Source: a virus
DNA length: 64,000 bases
IMG/VR virus record: IMGVR_UViG_3300037312_000927
Reading direction: 5' to 3' (one strand)
Shown piece after piece: positions 26,877-35,713 of this stretch. The first letter of the stretch is position 1, and each line of letters starts with the position of its first letter. The position numbers and the translations under genes are program-made. The notes beneath the pieces were generated by a model. The model saw only the letters and a list, made by a program, of their open reading frames with translations, was not told where the DNA came from and ran no database searches.

Positions 26877-27218
26877 ATGATTCTAAGGCTTGATGAACAT
26901 TCAGATGGAAAAGACTTGATAGGACGAGATCTTATCTATCTAGGAAGCCCGTCCCGTAGAGAGTACTATGTCTGCAGAGACATACAGAAAGTCCGCTACG
27001 GCAGTCACATGGAGGCACGGCTCTCTGATGCTACTTACGAACGGGGCCCTGTAACGGATACTTTCGGATTTAACCTGGGATCTACTTTCGAAAGTTTTGT
27101 ATTTCGCCCGCCAGAATACTACCGTAAACTTGCTCAGCTGCGGGCTACGTTAACACAACTTCAATCCACATCCAAACCCGTGGAAATATATGAAGTTGTA
27201 AACAGTCAGGAGATTTAA
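26877..27218 (+). CDS. paralogue-array protein 3
   Basis: PEYYRKLAQLRATL...EIYEVVNSQEI. Confidence 0.75.
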   Translation: MILRLDEHSDGKDLIGRDLIYLGSPSRREYYVCRDIQKVRYGSHMEARLSDATYERGPVTDTFGFNLGSTFESFVFRPPEYYRKLAQLRATLTQLQSTSKPVEIYEVVNSQEI

Positions 27219-27539
27219 ATGATAGTTAGACCTAATAAAGACCTTCAAGATTTCGAAGGCCGAGATTGGATTTATACTTACTCAAAAACTTACGATAACT
27301 ACTTTTACAAATGTGTTAGAGATGAGGGGCATGAGTTAAGGCTTCAGGGCCATGACCGTTACGGAGGCCATAAAAGGGATTCCTTTAATTATGATAAAAA
27401 GGAATTCTACGGAAAGTTCGTTGAAAATCCCAATCCTGTAGATAGGAAGATTATTCGTCTCAAAGGCATTATCTCCGTTCTCAGAGAATTAGTCGATGTC
27501 TCAGAGATTCATAACTTACTAGTAGAAATGGATATATGA
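27219..27539 (+). CDS. paralogue-array protein 4
   Basis: PVDRKIIRLKGII...EIHNLLVEMDI. Confidence 0.75.
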   Translation: MIVRPNKDLQDFEGRDWIYTYSKTYDNYFYKCVRDEGHELRLQGHDRYGGHKRDSFNYDKKEFYGKFVENPNPVDRKIIRLKGIISVLRELVDVSEIHNLLVEMDI

Positions 27540-27865
27540 TTAAACAAGTTCCGGATATTATATCTAAAGGTTCAGTGTTCGTTTATAAAGACGCCAGATC
27601 TTTATCTAGTGTGGGTAGTCTATTCATCGCCGATGAAATACGGGGTTCTGATAAGAGGCAGCGTTTCATCGGGGGAAGAGGTAACTACAATGGAGAAACT
27701 TATCACTTCGACAGAAAAGATATCGATACTAATCTAGTTCCGCTGATGGACGATTGGGAACGGAAGTTAACCCAATTAAGGTCCATCCTCAGCCAACTTG
27801 GACTTGTTTACGTGGGCGCTTCTCCAAGAGATATCTATAAACTCTTGCTTGAACTGGAGATCTGA
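27536..27865 (+). CDS. paralogue-array protein 5
   Basis: WERKLTQLRSIL...DIYKLLLELEI. Confidence 0.75.
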   Translation: MIKQVPDIISKGSVFVYKDARSLSSVGSLFIADEIRGSDKRQRFIGGRGNYNGETYHFDRKDIDTNLVPLMDDWERKLTQLRSILSQLGLVYVGASPRDIYKLLLELEI

Positions 27866-28191
27866 TGATTAAGAAACTGCCCGACATTTTGTACCCTGGA
27901 ATGACGATGGTTTATAGTACCCCTACGAGAGCATTAAAGGCAGGGTCTCTGTTTACTGTAAAAAAACCACTACCAGGAAATAGGTACGAGATAGAAGGAG
28001 GGGATGGGCATTATTATGGGAATAATTATAGCTTCACGTACAACGCTATCAATGGACAATTCGTCCTGCTCAACGAACCGTGGGAAACCAAGCTCTCCAG
28101 ATTGATCGCTATCACGCATCAGATGAAGAACTTGTACGGAGAGGGGTTCACTGAGGAATTTAACAAACTCCTTATTCAATTGGAAATTTGA
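27865..28191 (+). CDS. paralogue-array protein 6
   Basis: PWETKLSRLIAI...EFNKLLIQLEI. Confidence 0.75.
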   Translation: MIKKLPDILYPGMTMVYSTPTRALKAGSLFTVKKPLPGNRYEIEGGDGHYYGNNYSFTYNAINGQFVLLNEPWETKLSRLIAITHQMKNLYGEGFTEEFNKLLIQLEI

Positions 28192-28520
28192 TGATTAAAT
28201 ACGCCGTAGATGAGGAAGTTGAAGTAGGATCTCTTTGGATGAGTCAATATAGACGTAGCAAAGTCCCCCTTGATTCCATCGGGACTTCTATCTTCCGAGT
28301 AGAAGAGATTAGGAACTTGGAAATTTATACCAAAAGGATTGGACTATTATATCAGGACCTTACCCCCTTTTCGGATGATGAATTTCGAAATACATTCATC
28401 AAAATACCCCCAGAATACTACCTTAAACTATCCCGGCTCAAAGTTCTTTTACATCAGTGCATGGAAGACCAGGTTTCAAAAGAAAGTATTTATAACGTCG
28501 TTTTTGAGGCGGAACTATGA
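28188..28520 (+). CDS. paralogue-array protein 7
   Basis: PEYYLKLSRLKVLL...SIYNVVFEAEL. Confidence 0.75.
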   Translation: MMIKYAVDEEVEVGSLWMSQYRRSKVPLDSIGTSIFRVEEIRNLEIYTKRIGLLYQDLTPFSDDEFRNTFIKIPPEYYLKLSRLKVLLHQCMEDQVSKESIYNVVFEAEL

Positions 28521-28867
28521 TTCATTATAAGAAGGGATTATTGCCAGGTGCACTGTGGCTTAACAGGCGTAGACATCGTGTGGTTGATTACGTTTATAGA
28601 GTCACCCGTACTAATATATCTAAAAAGGGTATGCAGTATTCCAGCGCATGGCTACAATATATCGGCAGAAGTGTTACTGACCCGGAGCTCTTATCTGGGC
28701 ATGGAGAGTCTAACGCTTTCAAAATGTTCCCTCTCCTTGAAAATTTCGTACCGCATATCAGCGATACTGACAAAAAGATATTCAAAGCGAAACAGTGTAT
28801 AGCCGGACTTTATGGTCTCGGGGCAATCACTGATGTTCATGACCTTTTAATGGAGGCGGAGGTATGA
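28517..28867 (+). CDS. paralogue-array protein 8
   Basis: DTDKKIFKAKQCI...DVHDLLMEAEV. Confidence 0.75.
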   Translation: MIHYKKGLLPGALWLNRRRHRVVDYVYRVTRTNISKKGMQYSSAWLQYIGRSVTDPELLSGHGESNAFKMFPLLENFVPHISDTDKKIFKAKQCIAGLYGLGAITDVHDLLMEAEV

Positions 28868-29211
28868 TTAACAGAGAAAGGATGTTCGGCCCAGGCGCTC
28901 TTTGGAGATATAGATACGGTAATTCAGTAAGAGGCGATTACTACCGTATTGTAAAGTACAAAGAAACCTCTAATCTTGCCGATAAAAATATAACCTTCTA
29001 TGGTTTAGGATCGAATCCAAAACGAGATCCTGGTTATAAAAATTCCAATAATTACGTCTATAGTGTGGAAGAATTCACTCAAGAATTGGCATTAGTTATA
29101 GATCCTGTGAACCGTAAATTGACAATGTTTAAACTTAAACTCTTGAGTTTTGTAAACATGAAAGCAGACGTGGACGAGCTCCGGGAGATGCTGGTAGAAT
29201 TAGATATTTAA
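28864..29211 (+). CDS. paralogue-array protein 9
   Basis: PVNRKLTMFKLKL...ELREMLVELDI. Confidence 0.75.
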   Translation: MINRERMFGPGALWRYRYGNSVRGDYYRIVKYKETSNLADKNITFYGLGSNPKRDPGYKNSNNYVYSVEEFTQELALVIDPVNRKLTMFKLKLLSFVNMKADVDELREMLVELDI

Positions 29212-29214
29212 GGA

Positions 29215-29487
29215 GTGTCTATGAAATTAAGGACAAGAGTAAAACTAGAAGTAGGGTCCTATAGCAAGTCCTTTCACTATTGTGTAATCGGTGAACCTAA
29301 CGATTACTATTTGTGGCATAAAGAACCGGGTATGAAGGGTAGGAGCTCTGAAATATTCAATGGCCCTGACGCTTTCAAGCATTATGAAAGGATGAGGCAA
29401 TTACTTCAACACGATGGTGACAGAGCTGGTTTCATTGCTTATCTAACCGATCTTTTCAATAAATCGTTTGAAGTTCCCAGAGTCTGA
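29215..29487 (+). CDS. hypothetical protein
   Basis: AAGGAG RBS, last gene of the operon; lacks the shared C-terminal module. Confidence 0.65.
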   Translation: MSMKLRTRVKLEVGSYSKSFHYCVIGEPNDYYLWHKEPGMKGRSSEIFNGPDAFKHYERMRQLLQHDGDRAGFIAYLTDLFNKSFEVPRV

Positions 29488-29493
29488 AAAAGA

Positions 29494-29525
29494 AAAAGCC
29501 CGGTTTATGCCGGGCTTTTTTTTAG
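29494..29525. terminator. bidirectional terminator
   Basis: AAAAGCCCGG/CCGGGCTTTT between convergent genes. Confidence 0.85.
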
Positions 29526-29543
29526 CTTAATTCAGCTTATCGA

Positions 29544-30437
29544 TTAGAAGTCGACGACAATTGCACCGTTGACGTTACCGATACCCGAACCGATTGCTTC
29601 ATACGTACGGAACGAGATTTGGTCGCCTTCAGTCTTCAGGAACACGGTCGGTTCTTGCAGGCTGTAGAATTGACCCAGGTAATCCTCCGGAGCAAAGATG
29701 ATCGCACGGTTGGTCGGCAGGATGTCGGCCTTGTTCGTGGTGATAATCTTGTAGCCGAAGAAGTTGTTCAGGCTTTCTTCGCCGGTGAAGAACGCACCAG
29801 CCTTGTTGCTACCGATGGTCGTTGCCGGTTGAGCCAGCAGATCAGCGTACATCGATTGGGTCATCAGGATGCAACCAACCGGAAGTTTCTTAGCCAGCAG
29901 CTTTTTAACACCGTTCATCAGGTTGGGGATCGTGAAACCACCGGCGATGGTCGATACGTTGCTGTTAGCAGTAGCGATCGAAACGATGTTGTTGTAGAAG
30001 TTTTTATCTTCTTGCTCTTGCAGGTCCTTGACCGAGTTCTCTTGCAGGATCGTACGGATGTCAGTACGGTACGTAGCAAGTTCGAACTTCGACTTGGTGA
30101 AGGTATCCGACTCGATCTTCTGGAACGTCACAGGATAACGGGATCCGGTGAAGTAACGCAGTTTACCACGGCCCAGGAACGGCATGTTAGCTGCGACAGA
30201 GTCGATCTCTTTCTCAACGATAACAGTAGGTTCTTCAGTCAGTTGGCGATCCAGTTCCGAAGCAGTGATTTGAACCGGCTTCAGAATTTTACGGGTGAAA
30301 CCATCTTCACGCAGCTTTTGGCGAACGAAAGCCGACATTGCAGCGCCAGCTTCTTTAGTCATGCCTTGGTCAATTTTGTCCAGGAACGACTGGTTCAGGA
30401 ATTGGGTGTTGATACCCTCAGTGTTATATCCGCTCAT
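29544..30437 (-). CDS. major capsid protein (probable HK97 fold)
   Basis: Size, strong codon bias, AGGAG RBS, position after decoration/scaffold genes; VRQKLREDGFTRKIL, QELQEQEDKNF-like helix, RTYEAIGSGIGN. Confidence 0.7.
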   Translation of the reverse strand: MSGYNTEGINTQFLNQSFLDKIDQGMTKEAGAAMSAFVRQKLREDGFTRKILKPVQITASELDRQLTEEPTVIVEKEIDSVAANMPFLGRGKLRYFTGSRYPVTFQKIESDTFTKSKFELATYRTDIRTILQENSVKDLQEQEDKNFYNNIVSIATANSNVSTIAGGFTIPNLMNGVKKLLAKKLPVGCILMTQSMYADLLAQPATTIGSNKAGAFFTGEESLNNFFGYKIITTNKADILPTNRAIIFAPEDYLGQFYSLQEPTVFLKTEGDQISFRTYEAIGSGIGNVNGAIVVDF

Positions 30438-30452
30438 TGTATAATTCTCCTA

Positions 30453-30875
30453 TTACTTAACAAGGACCACTAGATGAGCGGTATCAGTTGCGCTAGCAGT
30501 GACCACATCCAGAACAGAACCGACGATAGGATCGGTACCCTCAACGCCTAGTGCCAGTTGACCATTTTTAGCGGTGAGAGGCGAACCTGGAACGTAAGCG
30601 CCAGCAGCGTAGTTCTGAGTAGAAACGATGAAGTTACTCCACAGAACAACTGCCAGACCGGTATTAGCAGCCGAAGCAGCATCACCGTTGCCAGATACAA
30701 CTAGACCGACCTTGTTACTTGCGGTAGCGCCGACTTTGTCAACAGTACCGTCCGATTGTTTAGCAACCCAGTCACCGTTGACCAGAGTCACGCCAGCTTT
30801 GATCGGTTCGACGCGGTCTAGGGCACCTTCATTCGGCCAGCCACGACGTACCATTGCTGTATATTCCATCTTCAT
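30453..30875 (-). CDS. probable capsid decoration/cement protein
   Basis: 140 aa, beta-rich, immediately upstream of MCP; TAAAATA at 30980-30986. Confidence 0.6.
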   Translation of the reverse strand: MKMEYTAMVRRGWPNEGALDRVEPIKAGVTLVNGDWVAKQSDGTVDKVGATASNKVGLVVSGNGDAASAANTGLAVVLWSNFIVSTQNYAAGAYVPGSPLTAKNGQLALGVEGTDPIVGSVLDVVTASATDTAHLVVLVK

Positions 30876-31040
30876 ATTTGAAGTTCCTTTTATTTATTAT
30901 TTGTTTACTACTTTTACCCAGCAGGTTTACAAGGCTCAGCTGGGTTGGTTATTCATTGTTACTGTGCTGTAACTAAATTTATTTTAATGCCTAATTTGAT
31001 TAGTGGTTTGAAATTAATAAAAATTTCAACTAATTAGACT

Positions 31041-31313
31041 TTAAGCAACCATCTTAGGATTAATCAATTTAGCATCACGGCCAACTGGAGAAGACGCGTC
31101 AAAGACGTGAGATGTATTAGGTTTAATTGCACGACCGAATACACTACCTGCAACTCCGCCTGCAGCAGCGCCTGCTAAGGCACCTTTGATTCTATTATCC
31201 TTGCCGCCTACGATTGCTCCACTTACGCCACCAATTGCAGCTCCACGAACAGCATTGCGTCCGATTGGGCCTAAATTCATTCCTGCGATTTTTTCTAGAT
31301 ATTTATTTGACAT
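31041..31313 (-). CDS. NKYLEKIA-family virion protein with glycine zipper
   Basis: MSNKYLEKIA; GAAIGGVSGAIVGG. Confidence 0.7.
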   Translation of the reverse strand: MSNKYLEKIAGMNLGPIGRNAVRGAAIGGVSGAIVGGKDNRIKGALAGAAAGGVAGSVFGRAIKPNTSHVFDASSPVGRDAKLINPKMVA

Positions 31314-32061
31314 TTTCTTTCCTATGGAATCTTAATGCTCCAAGAGTAGCACCTACGATGGCTGCCCTTACTAAACGACGTCCTGTTAGACCATGAACGG
31401 CACCTTCTAGTCCTTTACCCACGTTCTCTAAGGCATCGTATCCCCCTGGAACTTTAGGCATTCTCTTATGATATTTAGCAGCGGCTTCTACTCCATCGTA
31501 CACGGCCCCGCCTAGAACAGAATAAGCAGCGCCTTTCCCAGCGTTCTTTAAACGTTCTTTAGTATTAGAACTAGCGATCTTTTCTAAATAGCGATTATGC
31601 GCACTAGCGTACTTGTATTGATATTCTTCGTTTTGAGCTCTACGTCTAGCACCGCTATACATACTCCCCGCAGCCACGCCTGTAGCCAATGCAGTCCCTT
31701 TACGAGTGGCATCCCGAGCTGCAATTGCAGAGTCTACATGTGCTTGAGTGGTATGAGGAACTTCTTTAGTAGCAGCGTTTCTCATCTGGTCCATACCACT
31801 TTTTTTAGCTTGAACCTTAGCTTCTCTGTTGAGGAAAAACTCACCCATATTTTTCTTAGGGCCGTTTCTACTCATAGTGTCCTTAAAGGACTTATTCATA
31901 GTCTCAGATGAGTGAGCAGCAGCATCCATGCTTTTATGCAGATTAGCAGCCCTCTGAGTTTCTCGTACGGTTTCGCCAGTCAGATTCTTGGCGTACTTAC
32001 CGACGATTTTACCCAGAGTTCCCCCGAATCCCGAGATTTTTTCGAGATATCGATTTTCCAT
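31303..32061 (-). CDS. NKYLEKIA-family virion protein (two motif copies)
   Basis: MENRYLEKIS and internal HNRYLEKIA. Confidence 0.7.
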   Translation of the reverse strand: MENRYLEKISGFGGTLGKIVGKYAKNLTGETVRETQRAANLHKSMDAAAHSSETMNKSFKDTMSRNGPKKNMGEFFLNREAKVQAKKSGMDQMRNAATKEVPHTTQAHVDSAIAARDATRKGTALATGVAAGSMYSGARRRAQNEEYQYKYASAHNRYLEKIASSNTKERLKNAGKGAAYSVLGGAVYDGVEAAAKYHKRMPKVPGGYDALENVGKGLEGAVHGLTGRRLVRAAIVGATLGALRFHRKENVK

Positions 32062-32062
32062 A

Positions 32063-32656
32063 TTAACTAAACAGGAATTCTGTCAGAGGATCGGTTTTCG
32101 GTCTAGCCATTCCAGAAGCACTACCCATGCTCCAAGGTTCATCCATTGCACTAGCAATCTTGCTCAGGAGGCCTTGGTCAACCTTTTGCAGTTCAGCTAA
32201 ATCTTCATTGGTAAAGGCACCGACACTAGCAGCTTTAGCGATAGGCTCCGGTAGTTCGATTTCATTGATAGATCTAGCTTGCGCAGCTTTTTCCATCTGT
32301 GCAGTCATTTCTTCTTTTAGGTGCTCGACTTCAGCTTCCAAAGCTTCGATATAATGGGCAGCCTTAGTCAGGAGATCAACACTGGGGTGAGCCTCTTCAA
32401 CTTCAGGAGCGTAGGTTACTAGGTCTTTTAGGTTTACGCCGGCGGCCTTAACCATGGATACAGCTTGTTCAACATCGACGCCTGCTTGGACCATAGCTTC
32501 CGTAGCAGCTTTTTCCATGAGGTGTTGGTCGACCATCGCACGTGCTTCGATTTCATTGTATCCAGCTTGTTTCAGATGCTCAACGGCGCCTTCAGTCGGA
32601 GAGCTAAGACGAATATCTTCAGCTGCTTGTAATAGAACTTGTGATAGTTGTGACAT
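32063..32656 (-). CDS. probable scaffold/internal head protein
   Basis: Acidic helical, EKAA/VKAA sites, G-V-D-V repeat. Confidence 0.6.
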   Translation of the reverse strand: MSQLSQVLLQAAEDIRLSSPTEGAVEHLKQAGYNEIEARAMVDQHLMEKAATEAMVQAGVDVEQAVSMVKAAGVNLKDLVTYAPEVEEAHPSVDLLTKAAHYIEALEAEVEHLKEEMTAQMEKAAQARSINEIELPEPIAKAASVGAFTNEDLAELQKVDQGLLSKIASAMDEPWSMGSASGMARPKTDPLTEFLFS

Positions 32657-32665
32657 TATTATTCC

Positions 32666-33661
32666 TTATTTCTTTTTCTGAGTATTAATAACGTTAGCAA
32701 GTCTGCCGTCGTTAATCTGATTTCTAATTGATTTTAGGCGACCATCATAGTTGCCTTTAACTGCACCTATAGCACCCCCTACTGCTACACCGCCAAGAGC
32801 CCCGACCATAGCTCCTCCATCAGCACCTAGGTTAGGATTACTAAAGAACTTATGGACTCCCTTAGGATCGTGTTGAGCTATTACGTTTAGGAGCTGGCCA
32901 GGCTTAACTCTCTGAGCGCCAGGCTTACTTGCGTTATATGCGAAAGCTGCGGCCTGGGCACCTTTATTAGCAATGAATCTACCTACACGTTCATTACCTA
33001 ATTTCTTACCAATCAGCTTACCTGCGTAAGCCCCTAAGGTTCCTGCGGCCAATCCGTATCCAGTCCCCTTAGCCAGGGCGGTAGAGGTAGCACGGGTTTC
33101 TTCGTTAAATGCACCTTTAAGGTCTCTGCCTGCAGCACCATGAGCAACGTATCTAGCTGCAGATGAAGTAGCTCCGGGCAAGAACGTAGAGGCGTAATCG
33201 GCAGCAGTATTTATCTTGGCAAGCCGAGTATCTTTAATACCCTTGATTTTATATTCCTGGACATTGCTGGCAATTTTTTCTAAGTATTTATTACCATCTT
33301 CAGCCTTCTTTTCAAGGGCCTTGTTTATTTTAATGGCAGCATAGTCCCCTAGAAGACTTACTCCTCCGCCGATAGCACCAACTTTAAGTCCCCGTTTGAA
33401 GCCGGAACTTCTAACAGTTTTTCCAATAGTGGATACTGGATTTTTAAGGAAGCCACCTAGTCTCTCTGCAATAGGCACTGCAGGTGCTTTTAGGGGACGT
33501 GCTCCGTTCAGACCAATCTTAGTTTGAATATGGTCTGATATAAGATTCGATCCTACCCCTACCGCACCGATAACTCCGGTATCACGCAGTTCTTTCTTGG
33601 TATCTTCTGCTTCCTTAACCATACTAATGTTGTGTTGTAGTTGTGTCAAATATTTATTCAT
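32666..33661 (-). CDS. NKYLEKIA-family virion protein with glycine zippers
   Basis: MNKYL..., internal GNKYLEKIA; GALGGVAVGGAIGAVKG. Confidence 0.7.
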   Translation of the reverse strand: MNKYLTQLQHNISMVKEAEDTKKELRDTGVIGAVGVGSNLISDHIQTKIGLNGARPLKAPAVPIAERLGGFLKNPVSTIGKTVRSSGFKRGLKVGAIGGGVSLLGDYAAIKINKALEKKAEDGNKYLEKIASNVQEYKIKGIKDTRLAKINTAADYASTFLPGATSSAARYVAHGAAGRDLKGAFNEETRATSTALAKGTGYGLAAGTLGAYAGKLIGKKLGNERVGRFIANKGAQAAAFAYNASKPGAQRVKPGQLLNVIAQHDPKGVHKFFSNPNLGADGGAMVGALGGVAVGGAIGAVKGNYDGRLKSIRNQINDGRLANVINTQKKK

Positions 33662-33717
33662 AAGTGTTCAGTGTGGTTAAGAAAACAGAGGGGCGAACCC
33701 CTCTATCTTTAATGATT

Positions 33718-34527
33718 TTAATCGCCGTACAGTTCCTGGGCTTTGGAATCTACAAGATCAACTGCAGTATCAAAGTCAATACCCTTATCGACCAGTGAAT
33801 TAACCGCTGCCTGCTTCTCTTGATGAATGGCATCATGAATTCTTTTAGCTTTGGCGATCTCTTCCGCTTCATCTTTTGCACGGGTTTTTTGACCGTATTT
33901 ATGAGCTCCGTAGATGCCTGCGACAGAAGCTAGTGCCGCTACGCCCGGATGTACTCTGTGCTGCAACATTTGACCGTTGATCACGTCACCAACCAGTCCG
34001 ATACCCGCCCCACCCCAACGGTGATCTTTACCCCCGGCAACTGCTCCACCGATAGTGCCCCAGAGTGCTACTTTCTCCATTACCAAATCAGCGGCGGTTT
34101 CAAAGTCCACACCTTGATCGATCAACATATTGACAGCGTGTGCTGCCTTTTCTTGATATTTCTTTTCCATTGCTTTTCCTTGCCTATGATATGAATGCAG
34201 TTTACCGGCCTCGTGCCCGATTAGGTAGGAACCTAGCCCTGTGCCAATGGCAAATTTGTGAGCCCTAGTTATGTTCGTGGCTCCATGATTCAACGCTCTC
34301 TGAGCTAGGGCCTTAGCGCCTTTAAAGCCCAACGCCCCCGCTGCAATTCCGGTGACAGCACCTTCTGCATGTGCCTTGAGAGAAGAGCCGATATCCCTCC
34401 CAACATCACCCCAGAATGTATCTTTAGGCCCACGTTGTCCATGTTTTTTAGCTATCTTACGCTCTACCTCGGAGGCACCTTCCGACCATATTTTGAAGGC
34501 ATGTGTAGCTTTCTTTTCTATTGTCAT
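33718..34527 (-). CDS. probable internal head protein with G-x-D-F repeats
   Basis: LIDQGVDFETA, LVDKGIDFDTA; EKKA/EKAA/EKVA/EKQA. Confidence 0.65.
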   Translation of the reverse strand: MTIEKKATHAFKIWSEGASEVERKIAKKHGQRGPKDTFWGDVGRDIGSSLKAHAEGAVTGIAAGALGFKGAKALAQRALNHGATNITRAHKFAIGTGLGSYLIGHEAGKLHSYHRQGKAMEKKYQEKAAHAVNMLIDQGVDFETAADLVMEKVALWGTIGGAVAGGKDHRWGGAGIGLVGDVINGQMLQHRVHPGVAALASVAGIYGAHKYGQKTRAKDEAEEIAKAKRIHDAIHQEKQAAVNSLVDKGIDFDTAVDLVDSKAQELYGD

Positions 34528-34617
34528 TATAATTCCTAACGTACAAAAAAATAAAGCCTTTATTTCTAAAGGCTCTATTTCATAGTCTATATCACCTTAA
34601 AAGGTTGACTAGTTAAA

Positions 34618-35643
34618 TTACATTTGTGAGACGTAGGCTACGGCTTCATCGAAGTCAATACCGTTTTCGATCAGGGCATCCAGAGCAGCTTTCTTCTCTT
34701 GACCTTTCTTATAGGCATAACCTGCGGCACCGGCAGTACCAGCAGCAGCGGCACCGATCGCTACTTTTTTACCCATGCTCATACCTTTTTTACCTGCAAC
34801 AGCAGCGGCACGTCCGCCAACTGAAGTCAGGGCACCTGCTTGCTTAACCATGGCAACAGCTAGGTCGAAATCAACGCCTTGGTCCAGCAGTTCGTTGAAA
34901 GCAGCTTGCTTGATCTGAGCTTCTTCTTCAGCTTCGATCTCTGCGCTAGCAGCTTTAACCATGTCGATAGCAGTGTCGAAATCGATACCGCTGTTAACCA
35001 GGGCAACTGCAGCAGCCATTTTCTCTTGGCTTTCGTCAACTTGGACTTGAGCCGGAGCTTGGTTATTGATAGCGCCTTCAGCCGAAGTCGAAGGGGTTTG
35101 GGCGATGGTAGCAGCATTAGTGCGAGCTTGTGCATCAGCGACGATTGCATCAAAGATCTCATTGATAGTACCGCCATTACCTTTACCGTCAGTACCCGGA
35201 GTAGGCTGGAACGAGTTGTTATGCTCGGCTACTTGTTGAGCCAAGTCAACTTGAGTCTTGTTAGGAACAACACCAGCCGGGATGCCGTTCTCAGTAATGA
35301 CGTCGCCAACACCAGCCAGCTTAGTCAGAAGTGCTTGTGCCAGAGCTTTACCGGCGTCAGATGCTTGTTTGTTCATTCCTGTATCCTTGTTAGTTTGTTC
35401 GATTTTAGTTGATGCTACTTTTTCCATGATTTCTTTGGCGAGGTCCGATCCAGTTTTGAAAGATGCCGACTTTTCTTGTTCGCCTTCTTTCTTTTCCTTC
35501 TCTTCTTTTTTATCTTCTTTCTTGTCCTCGTCCTTCTTACCTTCGTCGTCGTCTTTCTTCTTAGCCTTATCTTCATCAGATTCCGGCACGAAGCCCGCCT
35601 GCTTTTCCAGGTCGGCTACCAGACTTTCGAGTGTCAGTCCCAT
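34618..35643 (-). CDS. probable scaffolding protein
   Basis: Charged low-complexity N-terminus, many K-x-A sites, three G-I/V-D-F repeats, follows the protease gene. Confidence 0.6.
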   Translation of the reverse strand: MGLTLESLVADLEKQAGFVPESDEDKAKKKDDDEGKKDEDKKEDKKEEKEKKEGEQEKSASFKTGSDLAKEIMEKVASTKIEQTNKDTGMNKQASDAGKALAQALLTKLAGVGDVITENGIPAGVVPNKTQVDLAQQVAEHNNSFQPTPGTDGKGNGGTINEIFDAIVADAQARTNAATIAQTPSTSAEGAINNQAPAQVQVDESQEKMAAAVALVNSGIDFDTAIDMVKAASAEIEAEEEAQIKQAAFNELLDQGVDFDLAVAMVKQAGALTSVGGRAAAVAGKKGMSMGKKVAIGAAAAGTAGAAGYAYKKGQEKKAALDALIENGIDFDEAVAYVSQM

Positions 35644-35713
35644 TGCATATCCTTTATTTTATTAAATTTTAGGCAAAGTAAATTTTACCTAGGTCCAAAT
35701 TCGTTGTCAAATC

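Noticed and set aside
29619-30473. 284-aa plus-strand ORF opposite the major capsid gene
   Set aside because: Antisense shadow of a strongly codon-biased gene; no RBS or motif
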